Assembly (NCBI GenBank): GCA_963812015.1
Contig: CAWETI010000002.1
Span: 96,001-160,000 of the forward strand
DNA from: an uncultured delta proteobacterium
GTDB lineage: Bacteria > Desulfobacterota > Desulfobaccia > Desulfobaccales > 0-14-0-80-60-11
Length of the DNA: 64,000 nt
Direction: 5' to 3'
Under the pieces are notes generated by a model. The model did no database searches. It saw only the letters and a list, made by a program, of their open reading frames with translations, and was not told the origin of the DNA. Positions 39,908 to 50,344 of the stretch are shown here, piece by piece. Positions within the stretch are counted from its first letter, which is position 1. Each line of letters begins with the position of its first letter. The translations under genes and the position numbers were made by a program.

Positions 39908-41436
39908 ATGCAACCTGCGGTAAAGCGGAGCCCCATCAGCCGGAAGATCAGGCATATCGGTTTGGTATGCTTGCCGGCGGTGATCTGGGCGACGCTGGTG
40001 GGCTGTGCCGTGGGCCCGGATTACAAGCGACCGGAGACCAAGGTCCCGGAGAACTGGAATGGCCAGGAGGTCGTCACCCCGGCCACACCCAGCAAAACGA
40101 CCACTGATCCGGCGGCCCTGGTGGAATGGTGGAACGCCTTTAAAGATCCGACCCTATCTTCCCTGGTCGAAATGGCTATCCGGGCCAATCTGGATGTGCG
40201 CCTGGCCGAAGCCCGCATCCGCCAGGCCCGGGCGGCCCAGGGAGTGGCGGGCGCGCCCCTCTTTCCGGAGGTGGATGCTTCAGCGCTTTTCCAAAGGAGC
40301 CAGGGCTCCAGCGAAGTCGGCACCGGCGGCGGTGTCGCTACCATCGGGGGACTCGGGAATTTGTGGCAGGCGGGTCTCGATGCCACCTGGGAAGTGGATA
40401 TTTTCGGGGGACGCGACGCAGCCTCGAGGCCGCCGGGGCCGATCTCAAGGCCGCGGTGGAAGACCGCCGCGATGTCCTGGTGACCCTGGTGGGAGACGTG
40501 GGGAACAACTATATCACCCTGCGGGGATTGCAACAGCAAATCGACATTGCCCGCAGAAACCTTAAGGCGCAGCAGCATACCGCCGCAATCACCCAGAAGC
40601 GACATGACGCCGGCTTTGTGGGCGGGTTGGATGTGGCCAACGCCAATGCCCAGGTAGCCACCACCGAAGCCACGATACCGGTTTTAGAGTCCTCGGCCCG
40701 GGCGGCCATTTACAGCCTGGGGGTGCTCCTGGGGCGGGAGCCGGCCGCGTTGGAAAAAGATTTGGCCAGGCAAGGGCCGATTCCTCCCACCCCCCTGGCA
40801 ATTCCCGTGGGGCTGCCCTCGGACCTGCTGCGGCGCCGCCCGGACATCCGCCGGGCCGAAGCCCAGATCCACGCCGCCACAGCCCGCATCGGGGTGGCCA
40901 CCGCCGACCTGTTCCCCAAGTTTAACCTGGCCGGGTCCTATGGCTTGTCCGCCAGTGACGTAACCAGGCTGGGAAAAATGACCAGTAATTACTGGTCCTG
41001 GGGACCCAGCGTCACCTGGCCGATTTTCGCCGGCGGTCGCTTCTACTATAATATCAAAGTCCAGAACGCCCTCACCGAGCAGGCGCGGCTGACGTATGAA
41101 AAGACCGTGCTCACCGCCTTAAAAGACGTGGAAACCGCGCTGGTGGCTTATGCCAAGGAACAGCAACACCGCAAATCCCTGGCCGAGGCCGTGGTTAACA
41201 ACCGCAAGGCCGTGGACCTGGCCACGACGCTTTACGTCGCCGGCAAGTCGGATTTCTTGAACGTCCTCATCGCCCAGCTCTCTCTATTTGCCACCGAAGA
41301 TGCCCTGGCCCAGAGCACCCGCACCGTGGATACCAACCTGATTGCCCTCTACAAGGCGTTGGGCGGAGGCTGGGAAAAGGAGCCGCAAACCGCTGCGGCC
41401 GGAAAGCCGGAAAATAACCAGGCGGCAAGTAAATAG
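39908..41436 (+). pseudogene. NodT/OprM-family outer-membrane efflux lipoprotein, frameshifted in a G5 run at 40406-40410 (or sequencing error)
   Basis: LVGC-AVGPDY lipobox, WW..F.DP.L and WEVDIFG, then in the next frame GTRRSLEAA, PSDLLRRRPDI and LYKALGGGW. Confidence 0.8.
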
Positions 41437-41526
41437 CCCCAAAGCGGTCTTCAATCTTATCCGCAATCACCCGGCCCCCATCGGCCAACATCCGGCATTT
41501 GCCGCCTAATCCCCAGGTCAGCCGGG

Positions 41527-42057
41527 CTACTCCTCAAGGCCGGCATAAGGCAGGGCATGCCCCAGGTGTTTCTGAAAATTCTCCCGGTAGGCCCGGGTGA
41601 TCTCGGGGATGTCCTCCAGGATCAAGAGGTTCTCGGCGTTCTTGTTTTCCGCCGCCGCGGTAAAATTAAAGGAGCCGGTAATCACCACCCGGTTGTCGAT
41701 AATCATGATTTTATTGTGGGCGATGGCGTGCTTGTCGTCGATGAAGACGGGGATTTCCATATTCTTCAAAAACGTCGCGGCGGAATATTTCTGGGTCCGG
41801 TTGGACTTATCCAAGACTGCGGTGATCTTGACGCCGCGCTTTTTCGCCTGAATCAACGCCTGGGCGATGGGCTGACTGGTGAAGGAATAGGCCTGGAGAA
41901 GAATTTCGGTTTTGGCCCGGTTGATCTGGCTGAGGATGGCGTCGGTGCAGCCGCCCTGGGGGGAGAAGTAGACCTTGATGGACCCGGCCTGGGCCAGGCC
42001 GCAGGTTAACCCCAGGAACAGGATCAACCACAGGAGAGCTAAGGCTTTTTTCTTCAT
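41527..42057 (-). CDS. exported single-HKD phospholipase D / Nuc-like endonuclease
   Basis: Signal peptide, VYFSP.GGC, AYSFT, HNKIMIID and TGSFNFT...NAEN. Confidence 0.85.
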   Translation of the reverse strand: MKKKALALLWLILFLGLTCGLAQAGSIKVYFSPQGGCTDAILSQINRAKTEILLQAYSFTSQPIAQALIQAKKRGVKITAVLDKSNRTQKYSAATFLKNMEIPVFIDDKHAIAHNKIMIIDNRVVITGSFNFTAAAENKNAENLLILEDIPEITRAYRENFQKHLGHALPYAGLEE

Positions 42058-42255
42058 GGCAAATCTCCGTTTTGGCAGGGCGCCTTGAGGCATTTCTTAT
42101 CTGAGTCGTCGGCTTTTGGCAATCCATTTCCCCATTTTCGCCTGGCCATATTGCCGACCCCGGGAACATGGTAAGATGGGGATAAGCTGAGAGGCAGGCC
42201 AGCGGCACCTGGCGTATCCCCAGGCACTAGTTTATCGGGTTATCATTAAGGCGGC

Positions 42256-43332
42256 ATGCGTATCATCGGCCATCTGGATATGGACGCCTTTTTTGCGGCC
42301 ATTGAAGCGCGAGACCACCCGGAACTCCAGGGGCGGCCCCTGGTGGTGGGGGCCGACCCCGGGGGCGGTCAGGGCCGGGGGGTGGTGTCCACCGCCAATT
42401 ATGCGGCCCGGATCTACGGCATCCATTCGGCTATGCCCATTTCCCGGGCCTGGCAACTGGCCGAAGCCGCCCGGCGCCGGGGCCGGCCTGCCACGGTATT
42501 CATTCGAGTCAATCATCGGCGCTACGCCGAGGTCTCGGAGAGAATCATGGCCATCCTGCACCGCTATGCCCCGGTGGTGGAAGAGGCGAGCATCGACGAG
42601 GCCTATTTCGACCTGAGCTTCACCGGCTCCTATGAGCAGGCGGCGGAGTTAGCCCGGCGGATCAAGGCGGCAATCCTGGCCCAAGAAAGGCTCACCGCTT
42701 CCATCGGCATCGGCCCCAATAAATTGGTGGCCAAGATCGCCTCGGACTTTCAGAAGCCCGACGGCCTGACGGTGGTCACCGAGGCTGAGGCCGAAGCCTT
42801 CCTGGCGCCAATGGCGGTGCGCAAAATCCCCGGCATCGGCCCCAAGACGGAACAATCCCTGGCCCGCCTGGGCATTAGGACCGTCAAAGATTTAAAGAGG
42901 TTGACGCCGGAGGAACTGCACGGAAGATTCGGCAAGTGGGGGCCGGAGTTATACGAGCGCCTCCGGGGCCGGCATGACAGCCCCCTGGTGACCGAATGGG
43001 AGCCCAAATCCGTGGGGGAGCAGGAAACCTTTGCCCAAGACACCCGGGACCTGGAGTTCATCTTCACCCGCCTCTGGGCCATGTGCCGGGAAGTGCATCA
43101 GCGCCTCCTCGCCGAAGGCTTTCACACCTTTCGCACCGTGGTGGTCACCGTGCGCTTCGCCGATTTTGCCACCTCCTCCCGCTCCCATACCCTGGCTGAG
43201 CCCGCGGCCTCCCTCCGCACCCTGACGTTCCACGCCATGAAACTCCTGATGCCCTTCCTGGACCGCCGGGAAAACCCCCGACACAAACTCCTCCGCCTCA
43301 TCGGCGTGCGGGTGGAAAAGCTGGGGAAGTGA
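42256..43332 (+). CDS. dinB: DNA polymerase IV
   Basis: HLDMDAFFA, STANY.AR.YG, SIDEAY, AKIASD.QKPDG and IPGIG. Confidence 0.93.
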   Translation: MRIIGHLDMDAFFAAIEARDHPELQGRPLVVGADPGGGQGRGVVSTANYAARIYGIHSAMPISRAWQLAEAARRRGRPATVFIRVNHRRYAEVSERIMAILHRYAPVVEEASIDEAYFDLSFTGSYEQAAELARRIKAAILAQERLTASIGIGPNKLVAKIASDFQKPDGLTVVTEAEAEAFLAPMAVRKIPGIGPKTEQSLARLGIRTVKDLKRLTPEELHGRFGKWGPELYERLRGRHDSPLVTEWEPKSVGEQETFAQDTRDLEFIFTRLWAMCREVHQRLLAEGFHTFRTVVVTVRFADFATSSRSHTLAEPAASLRTLTFHAMKLLMPFLDRRENPRHKLLRLIGVRVEKLGK

Positions 43333-43440
43333 TTTTGGGGGGAGGGCCAGGGGCTTTTCATAAGTGGCCCCTGCCCTCCCCCGGTTGAGTCTTCGCACCA
43401 TCATTGCAGGCAGGCACGGAGGCCTGCCCCACCCAATAAG

Positions 43441-43466
43441 AAGGAGGGCCATTTCTGGCCCTCCTT
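43441..43466. terminator. hairpin between convergent dinB and nfnB
   Basis: aaggagggcca-tttc-tggccctcctt, with further palindromes at about 43333-43382 and 43497-43543. Confidence 0.55.
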
Positions 43467-43549
43467 ATGTTTAAGCTTATGGGATTGGGGGTGGGGTTTG
43501 GGGAGGGGGTAAGGGCCGTCGGCCCTTAGCCCCCTCCCCAAAATCTATC

Positions 43550-44965
43550 TTACCACCCCATGGTCAAATAGTCATGGATGGAGTTGGAGGCCATGCGGCC
43601 GGCGCCCATGGCCAGGATGACGGTGGCGGCGCCGGTGACGATGTCGCCGCCGGCCCAGACCCTCGGTTTCATGGTCTTACCGGTTTTGGGGTCGGCGATG
43701 ATATAGCCCCACTTGTTCAGGGCCAGGCCTGGGGTGCTCTTGGTGAGCAGCGGGTTGGACCCGGAGCCGATGGAGATCACCGCGGTGTCGATTTCTACGG
43801 TGAACTCGGAGCCCGGGATGGGGACGGGACGCCGGCGCCCGGAGGCATCGGGTTCGCCCAGTTCCATCTTCAGGCACTCGACCGCGGTGAGGCGGCCGTC
43901 GCTGTCGCCCAGGAAACGCAGGGGGTTGGACAGGAGCAGGAATTCCACCCCTTCTTCCTCGGCGTGGTGAACCTCCGCCCCACGAGCCGGCAATTCGTCC
44001 CGGGAGCGCCGGTAGATGATATAGGAGTGATCGGCCCCCAGGCGCAGGGCGGTGCGGGCCCCGTCCATGGCGACGTTGCCGCCGCCGAAGGTGGCGACGT
44101 TTTTGCCCTTGACGATGGGGGTGTCGTAGTTGGGGAAGTCGTAGGCCTTCATGAGGTTGGAGCGGGTGAGGTATTCGTTGGCCGAGTACACCCCGATGTG
44201 GTGCTCCCCGGGGATTTTCAGGAACACGGGCAGGCCGGCGCCCACGCCCAGATAGACCACGTCGAAGTGCTCCAGGAGCTCATCCACGGTATCGGAGCGG
44301 CCGATGACGGAGTTGACTTCGACTTTGCAGCCCAGGCGCTCGAGGTAGCGGCACTCCGAGGCGACGATCTCCTTGGGCAGCCGGAACTCGGGGATGCCGT
44401 AGATCAAGACGCCGCCGGGGAGGTGCAGGGCCTCGAAGATGGTGACCTCATGGCCCTTCAAGATCAGGTCGCCGGCCACCGTCAGGCCCGAAGGCCCGGA
44501 GCCCACTACCGCCACCTTCTTGCCGGTGGGTTCGGCCTTGGGGGGCAGGATGTCCCGGCCGTGCTTGCGCTGGTAGTCGGCGGTAAAGGCCTCCAAATTG
44601 CCGATGGCCACCGGGGCGTCCTTTTTGCCCACGACGCACATGCCTTCGCACTGGACTTCCTGGGGGCAGACCCGACCGCACACCGCGGGCAGGGCGTTCT
44701 TTTCCCAGATCTTGCGGATGGCGCCTTCGAAGTCGCCTTCCTTGATCTTGGCGATAAACTGGGGAATATCGATTTCCACCGGGCACCCCTGCTTGCAGCG
44801 GGGGTCCTTGCACTGAATGCAGCGTTCCGCCTCTTGCATGGCCAGTTCGGGGGTGTACCCGAGGGGCACTTCCTCGAAATTATGCCGCCTGACGTTGGCG
44901 GGCTGCTCCGGCATTTTTTGCCTGGGGATCTTTTCTTTTTTGGGGGCTTTGACTTCTTCCGACAT
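43550..44965 (-). CDS. nfnB: NfnB / SudA (GltD-like) large subunit of electron-bifurcating transhydrogenase
   Basis: EAERCIQC...C.QGCP, CGRVCPQE.QCE, two Rossmann motifs and GGDIVTGAATVILAMGAG. Paired with an nfnA-like gene. Confidence 0.8.
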   Translation of the reverse strand: MSEEVKAPKKEKIPRQKMPEQPANVRRHNFEEVPLGYTPELAMQEAERCIQCKDPRCKQGCPVEIDIPQFIAKIKEGDFEGAIRKIWEKNALPAVCGRVCPQEVQCEGMCVVGKKDAPVAIGNLEAFTADYQRKHGRDILPPKAEPTGKKVAVVGSGPSGLTVAGDLILKGHEVTIFEALHLPGGVLIYGIPEFRLPKEIVASECRYLERLGCKVEVNSVIGRSDTVDELLEHFDVVYLGVGAGLPVFLKIPGEHHIGVYSANEYLTRSNLMKAYDFPNYDTPIVKGKNVATFGGGNVAMDGARTALRLGADHSYIIYRRSRDELPARGAEVHHAEEEGVEFLLLSNPLRFLGDSDGRLTAVECLKMELGEPDASGRRRPVPIPGSEFTVEIDTAVISIGSGSNPLLTKSTPGLALNKWGYIIADPKTGKTMKPRVWAGGDIVTGAATVILAMGAGRMASNSIHDYLTMGW

Positions 44966-45007
44966 TATCCTTCTCCTCCTGGTTTTGAAGCCATCAAGGG
45001 TAATTTC

Positions 45008-45865
45008 TTATTTGCCACAGGAGCATTTTCCAGAGCCGTGGCCTTCCTTGTACTGATCGTAAGAAACCTTCTCCTCGGCACAATAGGACCGCAGCCGGAG
45101 GGTAAGCTCCTCGAAATCGGTGGCGTGGCCGTCAAACTCCGGGCCATCCACGCAGGCGAACTTCATCTCGCCGCCCACCCTCACGCGACAGCAGCCGCAC
45201 ATGCCGGTGCCGTCCACCATGATGGGGTTGAGGCTCACCAGGGTCTTGACCCCGAATTCCTTGGTGACCACGCAGCAGAACTTCATCATGGGCACCGGGC
45301 CGATGCACACCGCCAGCTTGATATCCTTATCCTTGGAGAGGGTTTCCTTGAGCTTGTCGGTGACGAAGCCGTGGTGGCCGTAGGTGCCGTCGTCGGTGCA
45401 GATCATCAGCTCATCGGACGCGGCCTTCATCCGGTCTTCCATAATGAGCAGGTCTTTGGAGCGGGCGCCGATCACCGAGTAGACATAGTTGCCCGCCTGC
45501 TTCAGCCCCCGGGTGATGGGGTGCAGGACCGCGATGCCGGTGCCGCCGCCGACGCAGATCACCTTGCCGACCTTTTCCAGGTGGGTGGGCTGCCCCAGGG
45601 GGCCGATGACGTCCTGGTAGGACTGTCCCACCTGCAGGGTCTTGAAGAGCGCGGTGCTCTTGCCCACCACCATATAAATGATGTTGATCAGCCCTTTGGC
45701 CGGATCGGTGTCCGCCATGGTCAGGGGGATGCGCTCCCCCTTGTCATTGGCGCGCAGAATGACGAACTGCCCCGGTTTGGCCTTGGCCGCAATCTTGGGG
45801 GCTTTTATCCAGTTGCTGACGATGGTGCCCTGGGCCATTTCGCTGCGTTCCACTATCTCAAACAT
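45008..45865 (-). CDS. nfnA: NfnA / SudB small subunit (PyrK-like flavo-[2Fe-2S])
   Basis: PGQFVILR..GERIPLT, GPLG, GGGTG, TDDGTYG and MVDGTGMCGCCR...ACVDGPEFD. Confidence 0.85.
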   Translation of the reverse strand: MFEIVERSEMAQGTIVSNWIKAPKIAAKAKPGQFVILRANDKGERIPLTMADTDPAKGLINIIYMVVGKSTALFKTLQVGQSYQDVIGPLGQPTHLEKVGKVICVGGGTGIAVLHPITRGLKQAGNYVYSVIGARSKDLLIMEDRMKAASDELMICTDDGTYGHHGFVTDKLKETLSKDKDIKLAVCIGPVPMMKFCCVVTKEFGVKTLVSLNPIMVDGTGMCGCCRVRVGGEMKFACVDGPEFDGHATDFEELTLRLRSYCAEEKVSYDQYKEGHGSGKCSCGK

Positions 45866-46051
45866 ACGAAACTCTCCTCACTTCATGAAAATTTATGGCC
45901 GCCGCCGAGGTGGGGTTGGGGCCGGGTAAGGCCGCCTTGCCGGACGCAAAACTCAGGGGAGCTGCCGTCATGCCCCGGCCGACTCCAGTCTGAGCCTGCC
46001 TTGTTCTCTGTTATATCGGATGATTATTACCACGATCGGGGGCAAAGACGC

Positions 46052-46069
46052 AAGTGATAAATATCACAA
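46052..46069. promoter_or_regulatory. Rex/CRP-like palindromic operator upstream of nfnA
   Basis: TTGTGA-TATTTA-TCACTT on the minus strand. Confidence 0.5.
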
Positions 46070-46129
46070 ACAGGGAGAAAAATCACGGGAGCCTCGCAGG
46101 CCGTTAGAACCAGCCCCGGAGGAGTCAGG

Positions 46130-46173
46130 AAAAAAACCGGCTTCCCCGGGCCTTGGCCCCGGGAAGCCGGTTT
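46130..46173 (-). terminator. intrinsic terminator after fhs
   Basis: Long GC stem (aaaccggcttccc...gggaagccggttt) followed by a T-tract on the minus strand. Confidence 0.75.
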
Positions 46174-46185
46174 GGGATGCAGATA

Positions 46186-46207
46186 AGGTGGGCAGCGCCC
46201 ACCCTAC
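46186..46207 (-). repeat. GTAG-type REP-like palindrome
   Basis: Minus strand GTAG GGTGGGC gct GCCCACC. Confidence 0.5.
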
Positions 46208-46217
46208 ATTAGGTCAC

Positions 46218-48002
46218 TTAGAACAGGCCGGTCACTTTGCCGGTCTTGACATCCACGTCGACGCGGCGGTAGGCCGGGTCGGAGGAGGTGCCGGGCATCA
46301 GCGAGATAGCGCCGCACACCGGGCAGATGAACTTGGCGCCGCCGTAAACGAGGAAGTCCCGCACCGGCAGCCGCCAGCCCTTGGGGGTGCCTTTCTTGGT
46401 GGGATCGGCAGTCAAGGATAGGTGGGTCTTAACCATCATGGTGGCGTATTCGTTGAACTTCGGATCCGCCTCGAACTTCTTGGCCTTGGCGTTGGCTTCA
46501 GGAGCGAAGTCCACGCCGTCGGCCCCGTACACTTCCTTGGCGATGAGCTCAACCCGCTTGCGCAGCGGCAGCTCGTTGGGATAGAGGAACTTGAAGTTGT
46601 TCTTCTCTTTGCAGGCGTCCATGACCGCGTCGGCAAATTCCAGGGCGCCTTCGCCGCCGAACTGCCAGTGCTTGGACACCGCTACCCGGGCGCCTTCGGC
46701 CTCGCAGGCCCGACGAATCACATCGTGCTCTTCCTTAGAATCGAAATGGAAGGCATTGATGCAGACCACCGGGTTGATGCCGGCCTTTTTGATGTTGCGG
46801 ACATGGTGCACCGCGTTCTGCACGCCCTCTTCCAGCCATTTCAAGGTCTCTTTCGAGGACGAGAAATATTCTTTGGGGACCGGTTTGCCCGGAGGACACG
46901 GCAGGGCGCCGGCCTTGACCCCGTGGTGCTTCAGGCCCCGGACGGTGGCGGTGAGCACCGCGACATTGGGTTTCAGGCCGCTGAACCGGCATTTGACGTT
47001 CCAGAACTTCTCAAAGCCGATGTCGGCGCCGAAGCCGGACTCGGTGATATGGTAGTCAAAGAGCTTCAGGCCGATCTGGTCGGCGACGATGGAGGACTGG
47101 CCCACCGCGATGTTGGCGAAGGGGCCGGCGTGCACGAAGATGGGCTGCTTCTCCACGCTCTGCATCAGGGTGGGGTTAATGGAGGGCACCATCCAGGCCA
47201 TCATGGCGTTGCCCACTTCCAGGTCGCCGGTGGTGATGGGGTCGCCCTTCATGTTGTAGGCCACCACGATTTCGTTCAACCGCTTCTTGAAGTCCGCCAG
47301 GCCGTTGAAGATGGACAGGATGGCCATGACTTCCGAGGATACCGCGATGCCGAACTTGGAATCCATCAAGAAGCCGTCCATCTTGCCGCCCCGGCCGATG
47401 GTGATATTGCGCAGGGCCTGGGCGCAGAAGTCCAGGATCCAGCCCATCTCGATGTTTTTAGGGTTGATGCCCAGGCGGACCAGTTTCCGTTTGGCCAACT
47501 GGGCGTCGTCATAGTTGAATTCGTGCTGTATCCGGGAGGTCAGCGCCACCATGGCCAGGTTGTGGGCGTTCATGATGTTGTTGATGTCGCCGGTGAGGCC
47601 CAGGGAGAACTCGGTCATGGGGATCAGCAACGAGATGCCGCCGCCGGCCGCGGTGCCCTTGATGTTCATGGTGGGGCCGCCGGAAGGCTGGCGGAGGGCG
47701 CCGCCCACGTTCACGCCCCGCTTGCCCAGGCCCTCGATCAGGCCCAAGGAAGTGGTGGATTTGCCTTCACCGAGGGGGGTGGGGGTGATGGCGGTGACGT
47801 CGATGTAATAGCCGTCGGGTTTGCTTTTCAGGCGCTCCAGGCACTTCATGTAGTCGACGCGGCCGATTTTCTGGCCATGGGGGATGCGCTCGTCTTTGGG
47901 GATTTCCAGCTTATCGCACATTGCGTCAAAGGGAATCATCTCCGCTTCGGCTATTTCAGCAATCTGCCAGTCTGCCTGTTTAACCGGATCATACTTCGCC
48001 AT
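46218..48002 (-). CDS. fhs: formate-tetrahydrofolate ligase
   Basis: [49 protein letters not shown] and MPG. Confidence 0.95.
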   Translation of the reverse strand: MAKYDPVKQADWQIAEIAEAEMIPFDAMCDKLEIPKDERIPHGQKIGRVDYMKCLERLKSKPDGYYIDVTAITPTPLGEGKSTTSLGLIEGLGKRGVNVGGALRQPSGGPTMNIKGTAAGGGISLLIPMTEFSLGLTGDINNIMNAHNLAMVALTSRIQHEFNYDDAQLAKRKLVRLGINPKNIEMGWILDFCAQALRNITIGRGGKMDGFLMDSKFGIAVSSEVMAILSIFNGLADFKKRLNEIVVAYNMKGDPITTGDLEVGNAMMAWMVPSINPTLMQSVEKQPIFVHAGPFANIAVGQSSIVADQIGLKLFDYHITESGFGADIGFEKFWNVKCRFSGLKPNVAVLTATVRGLKHHGVKAGALPCPPGKPVPKEYFSSSKETLKWLEEGVQNAVHHVRNIKKAGINPVVCINAFHFDSKEEHDVIRRACEAEGARVAVSKHWQFGGEGALEFADAVMDACKEKNNFKFLYPNELPLRKRVELIAKEVYGADGVDFAPEANAKAKKFEADPKFNEYATMMVKTHLSLTADPTKKGTPKGWRLPVRDFLVYGGAKFICPVCGAISLMPGTSSDPAYRRVDVDVKTGKVTGLF

Positions 48003-48449
48003 AAAAACTGCCTCCTTAAGGTATGGTAATTATTGACTGGGTAATGGACATCGCCCGGTGGCCCGGGTGATGATAAAGCAGTCTCCAGCCTTAAGGTCCC
48101 TGGAACGGGGGCCAGCCAGAGCTCATACTTTTTTTCACATAGTCCCGCATTTAATCGAACTCAAGTGCGTTTGTCAATAATTTTTTGATCTCCCATACCA
48201 GATAGCTGAAAATTCTTCTGGATTTTTATATTTGACAATGCCCCTGGTTTCGCCATAAAATTAAGTGAACACTTGTACAAGTTTGCCTTGTAGGTATTTT
48301 CCGTATTGATTTGAGTAAGTTGCCCGCATAATTCGGCAACTGTCCGGCCTTAGTGGGAAAAGTGAATTCAGGGGGGTTCGGATTAGCGACAAGTTGGGAC
48401 CTTAAGGCACTTTTTTTTTGCTCTGGATGCACGGGCGGGGAGGAACGCA

Positions 48450-49121
48450 ATGGTCATCGGGGAATCAAAACCCCTTGCGGAAATCCTGGATATGGTCAAG
48501 GATTTCCAAAAGATCGTCGTGGCCGGCTGTAAAGGCTGCGTGACCATATGTTGCGCGGGTGGGGAAAAAGAGGTGGCCATCCTGTCTTCCGAACTCCGCA
48601 TCGCCCGGCGAGCCTCCGGCAGCGACCTGGAAGTGAAGGAATACACCTGTGAACGGCAGTGTGATCCCGAATATATCGAAGGGCTGGACGACTTGGTGGA
48701 AGACGTTGACGCCGTGGTCTCCATCGCTTGTAGTGTCGGACCCCAGTATATCGTCGCCCGCTACCCCTATCTCAAGGTGTTTCCGGGCCTCAACACCACC
48801 AGCATCGGCGGGGCCGTGGAACCCGGCGTCTGGAGGGAGTTCTGCCAGGCCTGCGGCGACTGCCTGATTCATCATTTCGGGGGGCTGTGCCCCATAACCC
48901 GCTGCGCCAAGCAGCTCTTGAACGGGCCCTGCGGCGGTTCTTCCCAAGGGCTCTGCGAAGTGGGCAAGGGGACCATCCCCTGCGTCTGGCAGCAGATTTA
49001 CGATCGCTTGAAAAATCTCGGGGAGCTGCACAAGCTCACCCAGGTGCATCTCTATAAAAATTGGTCTACCAGCCGTGACGGCGGGTTACGCACCACGATA
49101 CGGGAGGAATTGAAGCAATGA
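48450..49121 (+). CDS. metV: methylene-THF reductase small Cys-rich subunit
   Basis: GC.GCVTIC..GG, ERQC and CQACGDC.......CPITRCAKQLLNGPCGG. Overlaps the metF start. Confidence 0.85.
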   Translation: MVIGESKPLAEILDMVKDFQKIVVAGCKGCVTICCAGGEKEVAILSSELRIARRASGSDLEVKEYTCERQCDPEYIEGLDDLVEDVDAVVSIACSVGPQYIVARYPYLKVFPGLNTTSIGGAVEPGVWREFCQACGDCLIHHFGGLCPITRCAKQLLNGPCGGSSQGLCEVGKGTIPCVWQQIYDRLKNLGELHKLTQVHLYKNWSTSRDGGLRTTIREELKQ

Positions 49122-50062
49122 CCGCCGAGTATTCCGCTGGAAGCAAACTCGAAAAGGTCCTGAGAAGCGGCCAGAAGGCCGTAACCTGCGAATGTGGCCC
49201 GCCCCGGGGCGCGGATGCCGAACCTTTCCGGCGTAAGGCCGCGTTTCTGAAAAACTGCGGGGACGCAGTGAATGTCACCGACAATCAGACCGCGGTGGTA
49301 CGGTTTTGTTCCCTGGCGGCCTGTCGCATTCTCCTGGACATGGGCATCGAGCCGGTGATGCAGATGGTCACCCGGGACATGAACCGCATCGCGCTCCAGA
49401 GCAACGTTCTGGGGGCCGCGGCCCTGGGGATCAAGAACCTGCTGTGCCTCACCGGCGACCATCAGTCCTTCGGCGACCACCCCCAGGCCAAGAATGTTCA
49501 CGACTTGGATTCCGTCATGTTGGCCCACGCCGTGAAGACCATGCGGGATGAAGGTAAGATGATCAGCGGTAGCGAGGTGACGGGCCGGCCCAAGATCTTC
49601 ATCGGGGCCGCGGCCAACCCCTTCGCCGATCCCCAGGAATTCCGGGTGGTGCGCATGGGCAAGAAGATCGCCGCCGGGGTCCAGTTCATCCAGACCCAGT
49701 GCATTTATAACCTGGAGAAGTTCCGCCAGTTCATGGAGATGGCCAACGACATGGGCCTCACGGAGAAGGCCTACATCATGGCCGGGATTACGCCGTTGAA
49801 ATCCGTCGGGATGGCGAACTATATGAAAAATTTCGTCCCCGGCCTGGACGTGCCCGACTCCTACATCACCCGCTTAAAGGGCCTGCCCAAGGAGAAGGTG
49901 GCCGCGGAGGGCATCAAGATCGCGGTGGAGCAGATCCAGGAGTGCCTGGCGATAAAAGGCGTCGCCGGCATCCACCTCATGGCCATCGAATGGGAAGAAA
50001 AGGCCCCGGAGATCCTCGAAGCCGCCGGCCTCCTGCCCCGCCCCAAGGTGGAAGCGGACTGA
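49118..50062 (+). CDS. metF: methylenetetrahydrofolate reductase
   Basis: NVTDNQTA, QMVTRDMNRIALQS, LTGDH, KKIAAG..FIQTQ and GIHLM. Confidence 0.92.
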   Translation: MTAEYSAGSKLEKVLRSGQKAVTCECGPPRGADAEPFRRKAAFLKNCGDAVNVTDNQTAVVRFCSLAACRILLDMGIEPVMQMVTRDMNRIALQSNVLGAAALGIKNLLCLTGDHQSFGDHPQAKNVHDLDSVMLAHAVKTMRDEGKMISGSEVTGRPKIFIGAAANPFADPQEFRVVRMGKKIAAGVQFIQTQCIYNLEKFRQFMEMANDMGLTEKAYIMAGITPLKSVGMANYMKNFVPGLDVPDSYITRLKGLPKEKVAAEGIKIAVEQIQECLAIKGVAGIHLMAIEWEEKAPEILEAAGLLPRPKVEAD

Positions 50063-50082
50063 GATAGCCCACTGTCTTAAGG

Positions 50083-50111
50083 AAAAGCCCGGTCCTTGAC
50101 CGGGCTTTTTT
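50083..50111 (+). terminator. intrinsic terminator after metF
   Basis: aaaagcccggtc-ctt-gaccgggcttttt. Confidence 0.8.
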
Positions 50112-50344
50112 ATTGATGACCCCGGCTTCCGGAGGCGGCGGATTGGTCAGTCACCGCCTACCCTCCCCCTGGTCTTGGTCGGCCCACCGGGGAAAAAAGC
50201 CCTCCCATAATCGATAAAAACCACCTTACCGCACCTGAACGTGGCATAATGGCATCACCTGGGAAAACCTGGTGGGCCTAAGATTAAACCCCAGGGCCAC
50301 GTTATCTTTATGCGTCTAAGGCCCCTTTCCTGGAGGAAAACATC

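Noticed and set aside
45920..46000. GACGCAAA...CTGCC stretch resembling a c-di-GMP-I (GEMM) riboswitch
   Set aside because: Wrong strand for nfnA, and it lacks the GNRA-capped P2 arm.
43574..46057. 827-aa plus-strand ORF (and similar long ORFs at 46422-48029, 8599-9606, 11102-12355, 60629-61702)
   Set aside because: Antisense shadows of well-supported GC-rich genes, with no protein motifs of their own.
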